From NCBI GenBank assembly GCA_964387555.1, contig CAYLXM010000014.1, positions 8,901-72,900 of the forward strand: DNA of 64,000 bases, in the 5' to 3' direction. Source of the DNA: an uncultured Rhodothermales bacterium. GTDB taxonomy: Bacteria > Bacteroidota > Rhodothermia > Rhodothermales > CAYLXM01. Shown piece by piece: positions 56,261 through 64,000 of the stretch; positions within the stretch are counted from its first letter, which is position 1, and every line of letters begins with the position of its first letter. A program made the translations under genes and the position numbers. A model generated the notes under the pieces. It ran no database searches. It was not told the DNA's origin and worked only from the letters and a program-made list of their open reading frames with translations.

Positions 56261-57310
56261 CTACATATCGGAAAGAAGCGCTTTCGCTCTGTTGATCAAT
56301 AGGTCGGCATTGCGGTCAGCGTCGATGGCCTCTGCCGCCAGGCGCATCACCTTTTCGGCTGGACGCCGGGATAGCGCGTGCATGTAGGTACGGTCGTAGT
56401 AGCTGAGGAGGATTTCGGCGGCATCGAGTACCTGTCCATCCGCTACCGCTTTCTGCGCCCGCTGTGTCTGCTCTCCCCCAAGTCGCTTCTGGATTCGGTA
56501 AATCGCGGCGGAGGCCTCAGTGACGGGGGAATCGCGGTAGCCCGACACGACATGAGCCAGCCGCGCCGGCTCGGGTAGATCGAGGAACAGCACCAGCGAT
56601 TGCCGCATCCGTTCCCAGAGTGGAGCGGGGACCTGGCACTGGCCGATGAGCCGGCTCTCGTCCTCCAGCCACACGCGCCGCCGCCGATCGATCGTTCGGA
56701 GCGCCTCCCCCAGAAGATTCTCGAAGTGCTCCTGACCGGGTTGGGGTGGGCGACCGATCCCGCCAAATGCAGAGCCCCGATGCCCGGCCAGATTTTCGAG
56801 GTCGATCACCTGTTCCCCCCTCTGTCGCAGCGCTTGCAGCACCTCGGTTTTTCCGGATCCCGTCTTGCCGCCGACGAGACAAAACTGCTGAAACGGCAGG
56901 TCGAACATCGTTGTCACGAGGCGGCGGTAGGCCTTGTATCCCCCCCGCAGAACGGCGGCAGGACGTCCGAAGAAACGAAGCAACTCTGCAACCCCGGCCG
57001 ACCGCATTCCCCCTCGCCAGCAATAGAGGAGCAATGGGCCTGTCCCGGAGCCAAGAATCGCCTCGACCATCTTTCGGGCCCGAGGTCCTACGAGCTCCAG
57101 GCTGCGCAGCATGGCGGGCTCTCTGCCCGATCGCTTGTAGACCGTGCCCACCTCGGCGCGCTCCGCATCGGAGAAGAGCGGGATGCTTGCCGCCCCGGGA
57201 ATATGACCACGCAAATACTCCGCGGGGGTCCGGACGTCACACAGTAGGGAAGAAGCCCTCCGCGAGAGGAACTCCTCCACGTCAAGAACCTCTACCATAG
57301 GATGTGGCAA
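56261..57310 (-). CDS. selU: tRNA 2-selenouridine synthase
   Basis: It has a rhodanese domain ([22 protein letters not shown]; catalytic CWRGGMRS) followed by the P-loop GGKTGSGKT. It lies adjacent to selD. Confidence 0.88.
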   Translation of the reverse strand: MPHPMVEVLDVEEFLSRRASSLLCDVRTPAEYLRGHIPGAASIPLFSDAERAEVGTVYKRSGREPAMLRSLELVGPRARKMVEAILGSGTGPLLLYCWRGGMRSAGVAELLRFFGRPAAVLRGGYKAYRRLVTTMFDLPFQQFCLVGGKTGSGKTEVLQALRQRGEQVIDLENLAGHRGSAFGGIGRPPQPGQEHFENLLGEALRTIDRRRRVWLEDESRLIGQCQVPAPLWERMRQSLVLFLDLPEPARLAHVVSGYRDSPVTEASAAIYRIQKRLGGEQTQRAQKAVADGQVLDAAEILLSYYDRTYMHALSRRPAEKVMRLAAEAIDADRNADLLINRAKALLSDM

Positions 57311-57445
57311 GAGTCCTGGCGAACCTCCGTCGGATCAGAACCCCATCCTCGACGCAGGTAGGCAAGAAGGTTTCCCCGTGGAGCCCGAATGGCGTTGGAA
57401 AATGCCGGTCTCGGAACGCTGCTCCGACACGATGCGCCGCTTGCA

Positions 57446-57901
57446 CTAGAACGGCAGATCATCTTCCCCGGTGTCGTCACCCCCTGCAGGCTCGGGCCGG
57501 GGGGAAGGCCCCTGACGCGTGCGTCCGCTCTGGGAGGACGGGAAGTCTTTCGGCCCTTCATCCGACCCACGTCCCCCAAGGAGCAACATCTCTCTGACCT
57601 TGATTTCCGTGGAGTACCGTTTGTTTCCGTCTTTGTCGTCCCAGCTGCGCGTCTGTAACGATCCTTCGAAATACGCCTGTGAACCCTTCTTCAGAAACTC
57701 GTTGCATATTTCTGCCTGACGCCCCCAGGCTACCACCGTATGCCACTCCGTACGCTCGACATTCTGATTGTCATTGTCTCGATACACTTCCGTCGTGGCC
57801 AGACGCATGTTGCATACCGCTGTACCATTCGCTGTGTAGCGTAACTCAGGATCCTGGCCCAGATTCCCGACCAGAATAACCTTGTTGACTCCGCGTGCCA
57901 T
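57446..57901 (-). CDS. ssb: single-stranded DNA-binding protein
   Basis: The start was trimmed to the ATG at 57901. [23 protein letters not shown] opens an OB fold. A Gly/Pro-rich linker and the acidic tip DDLPF follow. Confidence 0.93.
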   Translation of the reverse strand: MARGVNKVILVGNLGQDPELRYTANGTAVCNMRLATTEVYRDNDNQNVERTEWHTVVAWGRQAEICNEFLKKGSQAYFEGSLQTRSWDDKDGNKRYSTEIKVREMLLLGGRGSDEGPKDFPSSQSGRTRQGPSPRPEPAGGDDTGEDDLPF

Positions 57902-58215
57902 CGAAATCTCCACTTATGAATTAGGACCGTCACTCTGGACACCTTCGCGCATCTCGCGAAACGCACAGGCGCACCCTCTATCTTGAATAGACGCAGCACG
58001 GGCCGAAACATAACCCGCCCTGTCGCCAAATACACAAACTACCACGACAGACCATCGGTTTCAACCGATATGCACATATTCAGCATATATGTTCGGCGTT
58101 CGATAGAGCCCGGCGATCGGCCGGGGAAAGGTTTGGTCTCCGCGATGGAACGGGGAAGGGGGAGGACCGCGTTGCATGGGAATTCCATATCAAACATCCA
58201 TTCCGGACATCCCAA

Positions 58216-59040
58216 GTGAGAAACGACAGTAACGTGCACCGACGCCTCGACGAGTCGGGCATACAAAACTCGCCTCGTGTGGCTGAAGCGTTCGACACGT
58301 TCGTACGTGTGGTGAGACTCCTGCGCCAGGCCTGCCCGTGGGACCGGGAGCAAACCCACGCGTCAATCCGCCACCTGCTCATCGAAGAGGCCTATGAGAC
58401 CGTCGAAATGATCGACGAGCAGAACTGGACGGGGCTTGGCAAAGAACTCGGAGATATCCTGTTACATGTGGTCTTTCACGGGGTCATGGCGGAGGAGCAG
58501 GGTCACTTCGATATGGAGGAACTCATTGATGCCGAGACCGGCAAACTCGTCATCCGACACCCGCACGTGTTCGGGGACACCCCAGTCGAGGGAACGGAGG
58601 ATGTGCTGCGCAACTGGGAGCGTATCAAGATCACGTCCGGAGAGAAGAAGTCCCTGCTGGGCGGAGTTCCTGCCGACCTGCCTGCGCTCTTGAGAGCCCA
58701 CCGCATCCAGGAGAAGGTCGCGGGAGTCGGCTTCGATTTTGCGGATAGCACGGCGGCATGGGTCAAGGTCGACGAAGAACTCGCCGAATTCAGGGCAGCC
58801 GAAGATGATTCCGACCCCGACAAGGCCGAAGAGGAATTCGGTGACCTGCTGTTTGCCCTCGTCAACTACGCCCGCCTTCGCGGCCTGAACGCGGAAAACG
58901 CGCTGCGGAGGTCTAATGAAAAATTCCGCCGGCGATTCCAGCAGGTCGAGTCCGGCATACTCGAAAGAGGCCGATCGTTGCACGAGTCAAGCCTGCAGGA
59001 AATGGATGCACTCTGGGAGGATGCGAAACGTGCGGAGTAA
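58216..59040 (+). CDS. mazG: nucleoside triphosphate pyrophosphohydrolase MazG
   Basis: GTG start. LRQACPWDREQTHASIRHLLIEEAYE and a second EEFGDLLFALVNYAR module show the tandem MazG domains. Confidence 0.85.
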   Translation: MRNDSNVHRRLDESGIQNSPRVAEAFDTFVRVVRLLRQACPWDREQTHASIRHLLIEEAYETVEMIDEQNWTGLGKELGDILLHVVFHGVMAEEQGHFDMEELIDAETGKLVIRHPHVFGDTPVEGTEDVLRNWERIKITSGEKKSLLGGVPADLPALLRAHRIQEKVAGVGFDFADSTAAWVKVDEELAEFRAAEDDSDPDKAEEEFGDLLFALVNYARLRGLNAENALRRSNEKFRRRFQQVESGILERGRSLHESSLQEMDALWEDAKRAE

Positions 59041-59191
59041 GATGCGCCACCGTCTGTCGGAGGCGACGGTTACCCATTCATCCACTTTTTCATGTTCGCA
59101 TTGGCTCCCTGATCCTACTCTGGACAAGACCAATCAGGCAGACTTCCCATTCAAATCGGCCTGAGACCGCTCCCACAGAATCACGCTCGCG

Positions 59192-59884
59192 ATGCCGATC
59201 ATTCATGCCTCCGAAATTCCGCCGGGAGAACTTTACAAACTCTTTGTCGGCTCCGTTCAGCCTCGCCCGATTGCCCTGGTTTCCACCATCAGCGCCGACG
59301 GGCACCTCAATCTTGCGCCGTATTCATTCTTTAACGTCGCCTCCGTAAATCCTCCTGTCCTCTCGTTTTCCGCCCAACTGGCACAGACGAAAGGAAGCGA
59401 GATGGGACAGTCGAAAGACACGCTGACGAACATCAGAGAAACCCGCGAGTGTGTCATCAACATCGTCTCCTATGCAATGCGCGAGCAAATGAACATTTGC
59501 GCTGCGCCCTGGCCCCGCGACGTGGACGAGTTCCTTCGTTCAGGTTTTTCTCCCGTTCCCTCCCACACCGTGCGCCCTCCTCGCGTCGGCGAAGCCCAGG
59601 TCGCCTTCGAGTGCAGGCTCGACCAGATCATTTCCTGGGGAGACCAGCCGCGATCCGGAAACCTCGTCCTGGTGCGGGTCGAAACCCTCGTGATCCACGA
59701 CGCGGTCTATCGCGACGGCAAGATCGATGCACAGGCGTTGGATACGATCGGCCGCCTGGGCGGCCCAACTTACACACGATCCCGAGAAGGGCTCTTCCAC
59801 ATGGAACAACCCATGGAGGACTGGGTGAGGCGAGCTATGGAAGTCCACGCGCCCGAGGATCGAGAACGCTCAAACAGCGAATGA
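59192..59884 (+). CDS. flavin reductase-like domain protein
   Basis: RPIALVSTISADGHLNLAPYSFFNVAS is typical of the FMN-binding split-barrel flavin reductase family. Confidence 0.75.
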   Translation: MPIIHASEIPPGELYKLFVGSVQPRPIALVSTISADGHLNLAPYSFFNVASVNPPVLSFSAQLAQTKGSEMGQSKDTLTNIRETRECVINIVSYAMREQMNICAAPWPRDVDEFLRSGFSPVPSHTVRPPRVGEAQVAFECRLDQIISWGDQPRSGNLVLVRVETLVIHDAVYRDGKIDAQALDTIGRLGGPTYTRSREGLFHMEQPMEDWVRRAMEVHAPEDRERSNSE

Positions 59885-59894
59885 CGCCACTGCC

Positions 59895-60707
59895 GTGTGG
59901 ACCAAACAGACGTTGGACGAACTGGTGAACCGCTTTGAGCAGCCGGCCTTCATTGCGTGCGACCCCATTGCCATTCCGCATTCCTTCGATGATCCGGACG
60001 ACCAGGAAATCGTCGGCTTTTTCTCCGCACTGCTCGCCTGGGGGCGACGGGACACGACCCTGTCGAAGATGCACGAACTCTGTGAGCGGATGGAGTATCG
60101 CCCGGGACAGTTCGTCAGGGACTTCAACCCGCGATCGGCAGAGCGCCTGGCCGGGTTTAAGCACCGGACGTTCCAGACTGAGGACGCACTCCATCTTTTC
60201 GCGGCGCTACAGTCGGTCTTGAAGCGGCACGGGCGTCTCTCCAGATTGTTTGCGACAAACGTGCATCCGAGCCACGAACACGTCGGCTCAGCCATCGAGG
60301 GCGCCGTCTCTGAGTTGCTGGATCAACCGGAGATGCCCATCAGAATGAGAAAACACCTGGCTCGCCCGTCCACCGGATCTGCCTGCAAGAGGATCTGCCT
60401 CTATCTACGTTGGATGGTCCGGCCCGGCCCGGTCGACCTGGGTCTGTGGAAGGGCATCCGTAGCAGCCAACTCGTGCTACCGCTCGACGTCCATTCTGCA
60501 TCCACGGCCCGGCGCGCGGGGATCTTGACGCGCCGACAGAACGACTGGCAATCGGCGCTCGAACTTACCCGGGCTTGCCGCACGCTCGATCCAGACGATC
60601 CATGCCGATACGACTATGCCTTCTTCGGACTGGGCATCGACAGCACAGGATCCGCGCCCCCACTTGATGAGCCGCCAGACTACACCGGAGGACCTACCCG
60701 CCGGTAG
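59895..60707 (+). CDS. TIGR02757/DUF2400-family protein
   Basis: 270-aa ORF. DPIAIPHSF..DQEIVGFFSALLAWGRRD, ...RKHLARPSTGSACKRICLYLRWMVR and PLDVHS resemble that uncharacterised family. The assignment is from memory and no search was run. Confidence 0.55.
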   Translation: MWTKQTLDELVNRFEQPAFIACDPIAIPHSFDDPDDQEIVGFFSALLAWGRRDTTLSKMHELCERMEYRPGQFVRDFNPRSAERLAGFKHRTFQTEDALHLFAALQSVLKRHGRLSRLFATNVHPSHEHVGSAIEGAVSELLDQPEMPIRMRKHLARPSTGSACKRICLYLRWMVRPGPVDLGLWKGIRSSQLVLPLDVHSASTARRAGILTRRQNDWQSALELTRACRTLDPDDPCRYDYAFFGLGIDSTGSAPPLDEPPDYTGGPTRR

Positions 60708-61183
60708 TGCCGGTCATGATAGAGGAGCGGATGAGGTTCCCCGTCTCCCTCAATGATCTGCTCCACTTCGCCGATCACGAGCTGGTGATCACCCGCCGGT
60801 ACGCGCTGAACGATGCGACATGTCAGAGCACCCAAGGTATCAACCAGGATGGGAACGCCACCCTCAGTCAATCTGTGAGGCCAGAGATCGAACTGTTCGT
60901 GACCGGTAAGGTCGGGAAGGGCGAAATAGGCTGCGAGGGGCGCCTGGGCTTCCGACAGGACGTTGACGACGAACGTCTCTGCCCCAGATAGGGCTACGTA
61001 CATCTGGGAGCCCAACGCCACATTAAAACTGACCAAAAGGGGTTCGAGCGAAAGGCTGGTGAACGAGCCGGCCGTCATCCCGCGCACCTCCACTTCCCCC
61101 CTGGTAGTGATGACGACAACAGGCGCCGCAACACGGCGCATGAAGCGTCGGAAACGTTGATCGTCGGGATGCTGGAGAGGCAT
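60680..61183 (-). CDS. flavin reductase (HpaC/NADH:FMN oxidoreductase-like)
   Basis: FRRFMRRVAAPVVVITTRGEVEVRGMTAGSFTSLSLEPLLVSFNV is a typical flavin-reductase domain. It overlaps the 3' end of the upstream + strand gene convergently by 28 nt. Confidence 0.8.
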   Translation of the reverse strand: MPLQHPDDQRFRRFMRRVAAPVVVITTRGEVEVRGMTAGSFTSLSLEPLLVSFNVALGSQMYVALSGAETFVVNVLSEAQAPLAAYFALPDLTGHEQFDLWPHRLTEGGVPILVDTLGALTCRIVQRVPAGDHQLVIGEVEQIIEGDGEPHPLLYHDRHYRRVGPPV

Positions 61184-61218
61184 GGGGAGAGACGGTCTGC
61201 TTCGGCGCTGCCTGGCCG

Positions 61219-62379
61219 CTAGCCGACGATGGCGTCTTTGACGCGGCTGAAAAAGGACTTCCGCTCAGACGCATTACCCGGCTTTGGAACCATCGATGGC
61301 GACGATCGCATCTGCTCGATCAGCTCGCGCTCTTTCGCCGAAAGCGAGACCGGGGTCCACACGTGGACGCGCACCATCTGATCACCGCGCGTCGATGAAT
61401 TCAGTTCGGGCAGTCCCTTTCCCCGCATGCGAAGGACTTTGCCGGACTGGATACCCGGATCAATCTCCAATCGGGCGGTACCCCGGAGCGTCGGCACCTC
61501 GACGACGGTTCCCAGGGCGGCATCCGGAAAGGAGACGAACAGGTCGTGGTAGATGTCGCTTCCGTCGCGCACGAAATGGGGATGATCCACCTCTTCGATT
61601 TCGACGCGGAGCCGACCTGACGGCCCGCCCCGGACGCCCGCATGGCCCTTTCCGCGCATGTCGAAGTAGTTTCCCTCCGACACTCCGGGAGGAACCGCGA
61701 TGGTGATGACTTCCTCGCCCAGCACCCGGCCTTCCCCCGAGCACGATTTGCACTTGTTATCCAGGGTTCGTCCCTCACCCTCGCAAGCGGGACAGGGCCG
61801 GACATTCACGAACTGACCGAACGGCGTCCGACTCACCTGCCTGAATTCCCCGGTGCCCTGACACGTCGGACACGCAGAGTAGCGCGGTACGCCGTCCTCG
61901 GCCCCGTTGCCCCCACAGGCCTCACAGGGGATTTGTTTGCGGACTTTGATCTTTTTCTCCGTTCCCTCGGAGATCTCCTCAAGGGAGAGTGGAAGCGTAA
62001 TCCTCAGGTCGCCGCCCGCCTGTCCCTGCTGAGGGCCCCTGCGACCCCGGCCCCGCCCGCCGAAGACATCCTCAAAGATCGAACCGCCCCCGAAAATGTC
62101 GCCGAAAGCGGAGAAGATATCCCCCACGTTGTTGAAGCCGCCTGCATCGGAGCCCGCACCCCGCAAACCGGCATGCCCAAACCGGTCGTAGTTTCGTCTT
62201 TTCTCAGGATTGGACAACACCTCATAGGCGTTGGCCGCCTCCTTGAACTGCTCCTCGGCCTCATGGTCGCCAGGATTGCGGTCCGGATGGTGCTTCAGCG
62301 CAATCTTCCGATACGCTTTCTTGATCTCGTCCGCCGACGCCTCGCGCGACACTCCGAGAACCTCGTAGAAGTCTCTCAT
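61219..62379 (-). CDS. dnaJ: molecular chaperone DnaJ
   Basis: It has a J domain ([33 protein letters not shown]), a G/F region and four CxxCxGxG zinc motifs. Confidence 0.95.
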   Translation of the reverse strand: MRDFYEVLGVSREASADEIKKAYRKIALKHHPDRNPGDHEAEEQFKEAANAYEVLSNPEKRRNYDRFGHAGLRGAGSDAGGFNNVGDIFSAFGDIFGGGSIFEDVFGGRGRGRRGPQQGQAGGDLRITLPLSLEEISEGTEKKIKVRKQIPCEACGGNGAEDGVPRYSACPTCQGTGEFRQVSRTPFGQFVNVRPCPACEGEGRTLDNKCKSCSGEGRVLGEEVITIAVPPGVSEGNYFDMRGKGHAGVRGGPSGRLRVEIEEVDHPHFVRDGSDIYHDLFVSFPDAALGTVVEVPTLRGTARLEIDPGIQSGKVLRMRGKGLPELNSSTRGDQMVRVHVWTPVSLSAKERELIEQMRSSPSMVPKPGNASERKSFFSRVKDAIVG

Positions 62380-62410
62380 ATAATCCCTGGATTCTAGCTC
62401 GGATGTCGGA

Positions 62411-63085
62411 TCAGAGCGCCACTATGACTTTGCTGTGGCGCAGAACACGGTCTCCCAGCCGGTATCCTCGCTGGACTTCAGAGAGGATTGTTCCGGGCTG
62501 AACGCCCTCCGGCGGGGGCTGCCGAAGCAGGGCATCGTGGAGGTTCTCATCAAACACGCTCCCTTCGGCTTCAATGGGCTCCACGCCCAGTTTCTTCAAC
62601 TCGGAGGCAAACTTGTCGACGACGAGCGAGACGCCGCGGCGGATGCTCTCGAGAGGAGCCCTCGGGTCCTCTTCATCCGCAGGGTTTTCCACGGCCTCCA
62701 TCGAGCGGCGAAGATCATCGAACACATCCAGAAACCGGGAAATGACTTCGGCCTTGCCGTACTCGAGCGCAGAGCTACGCTCGTTCGCAGTCCGCCGGCG
62801 ATAGTTCTGGAATTCCGCTGCCGTCCGGAGGAGCTGATCGCGCAAGGCTTCGACCTCGGCCTGGAGTGATACGACCACCTCCTCCAGGGACACGTCTTCC
62901 TGCGAGGGCAAGCCCTCGTCCGCTGCTTCCACCGAACGCCAACCGCCGTCGTAGGCATCGGGCCGGCTTTCCGGCGGAACCCCGGCATCCGCCTCTGGGC
63001 CCTGATCCGGTTCGGTTCCAAGGCCGGCATCGCCGGAAACGTGCTCTGATTCTCCCTCGGCAAAGGGCATATTGGTGTTAGGCAT
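62411..63085 (-). CDS. grpE: nucleotide exchange factor GrpE
   Basis: The coiled-coil [13 protein letters not shown] motif and the C-terminal beta domain ...[16 protein letters not shown] are both present. It lies between hrcA and dnaJ. Confidence 0.92.
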   Translation of the reverse strand: MPNTNMPFAEGESEHVSGDAGLGTEPDQGPEADAGVPPESRPDAYDGGWRSVEAADEGLPSQEDVSLEEVVVSLQAEVEALRDQLLRTAAEFQNYRRRTANERSSALEYGKAEVISRFLDVFDDLRRSMEAVENPADEEDPRAPLESIRRGVSLVVDKFASELKKLGVEPIEAEGSVFDENLHDALLRQPPPEGVQPGTILSEVQRGYRLGDRVLRHSKVIVAL

Positions 63086-63115
63086 AATGACGAAAATGGG
63101 GGAGGAGTTGACGCG

Positions 63116-64000
63116 TTATCCCTGCACCACGCTGCCACCGGCCAGGCCGTCCGGCGAGCGACCCAGCAGCGTCGCCATGTTCTGAACCAGCGCGATGATG
63201 CGGGCATAGTCCATCCGCATCGGACCCAGAACCCCAACGGTTCCTGTGGTATCGCCCAGTTCAAAACTGGCCGTTACGATCGAATACGGACGCGCCTTCT
63301 CGTCACCGTGCTCTGCGCCAATGGTGACACGCACCTCGCCCGATTCCTCTTCCGTTGCCGGCCTCTCGACAAGTCGCACGACAATCTCTTCGTCCTCCAA
63401 CAACTCCATGATGTTGCGCAGGGACTCGGGATCGTGGAATTCGGGATGGGCGACGATATGCTGAGCACCACCGACGGCGATTCTTCTTGACTCCGGCGCC
63501 TCGTCGAACAACACGGAGGCGTGCTTCATAACCACGCCTACCACGCCCGATGGCTCTCCGGCCAGGTCCCTGAGTCGATCCGAAAAGGTGGTGCGAATCT
63601 GCTCCAGCGTGAGTCCGGCGAGTCGCTCGTTCAGGATGGAGACCATTTCGGCTACCCGATCGCGGCCGAGATCAAGCGCCGCCTCCAAAACGATCGTCTT
63701 CACCAGACCGCTTCGAACGCTGATCACGAAAAGACTCCGCGTTGACGACAGGGGTAGAACATCGATGCGGCTGAAAACACCCTTCGACATCCTGGGGGTC
63801 AATACGATGCCCAGCAGATTGGAGAGCCTGCCCAGCAGCCTGGAACTCTCCCTCCACAGTTCACTGTTTTCTCGCACGATACGGACAAGCTCCGCATAGA
63901 TCAGCGATCGCTCCACGGCGGACAACATGGGGGGATTCATCAGATCATCTACATACGTCCGGTAGCCGACCGCCGTAGGAACCCTGCCTGCAGAGGTATA
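63116..64000 (-). CDS. hrcA: heat-inducible transcription repressor HrcA (5' end beyond the window)
   Basis: The track ORF starts at 63940, but the frame stays open to position 64000. The extra codons read YTSAGRVPTAVGYRTYVDDL, matching the conserved HrcA HTSAGR.PT..GYR.YVD segment. The true start therefore lies outside the window. Confidence 0.88.
   Translation of the reverse strand, partial: YTSAGRVPTAVGYRTYVDDLMNPPMLSAVERSLIYAELVRIVRENSELWRESSRLLGRLSNLLGIVLTPRMSKGVFSRIDVLPLSSTRSLFVISVRSGLVKTIVLEAALDLGRDRVAEMVSILNERLAGLTLEQIRTTFSDRLRDLAGEPSGVVGVVMKHASVLFDEAPESRRIAVGGAQHIVAHPEFHDPESLRNIMELLEDEEIVVRLVERPATEEESGEVRVTIGAEHGDEKARPYSIVTASFELGDTTGTVGVLGPMRMDYARIIALVQNMATLLGRSPDGLAGGSVVQG

Noticed and set aside
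63941-64000. The hrcA ORF start at 63940 is given by the track.
   Set aside because: The frame remains open to the window edge, and the extra codons encode the conserved HrcA SAGRVPT..GYR.YVD motif. The gene is therefore 5'-truncated by the window rather than starting at 63940. For the same reason, no CIRCE operator can be assessed here.

Overview
This is a high-GC bacterial chromosomal window with Bacteroidota/Rhodothermota-like hallmarks. These include a SusC/SusD pair, many lipobox lipoproteins, signal peptides cleaved before Gln, and TTTG...TAnnTTTG-type promoter motifs. Most of the window is housekeeping. The identifiable genes are accD, tsaB, an EF-G paralog, a large glutamate synthase, one tRNA(CAU), holB, ricT, purF, selD-selU, ssb, mazG and the hrcA-grpE-dnaJ heat-shock genes. 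There is also a galactose uptake/Leloir block (SusCD, a CRTAC1/ASPIC-like lipoprotein, an SGLT-type symporter, galK, galT). Four regions are not ordinary. (1) At 41.9-45.3 kb there is a compact, translationally coupled three-gene cassette: a vWA (MIDAS) protein, a PP2C-like phosphatase, and a membrane-anchored HGD-type kinase with coiled coils and a tandem helix-hairpin-helix module. It resembles the computationally described TerY-phosphorylation triad but has no Ter genes nearby, and it is my best candidate for an uncharacterised signalling or conflict system. (2) At 2.2-8.5 kb there are three tandem paralogous secreted subtilases. Each has its own paralogous promoter and terminator, and two have leaders of about 0.5 kb. 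They are followed by an orphan lipoprotein that consists only of the same unusual I9-type prodomain. (3) At 24.3-30.3 kb an operon couples a YnjB-like ABC importer to an MTAP-like phosphorylase and an MtnK-like kinase, and two 25-nt direct repeats sit in the region upstream of it. (4) A GroES paralog with an enlarged roof loop is translationally coupled to a glycosyltransferase/epimerase pair. I found no CRISPR array, transposase or integrase. All calls rest on reading the ORF translations and the DNA by eye. No database search was run.
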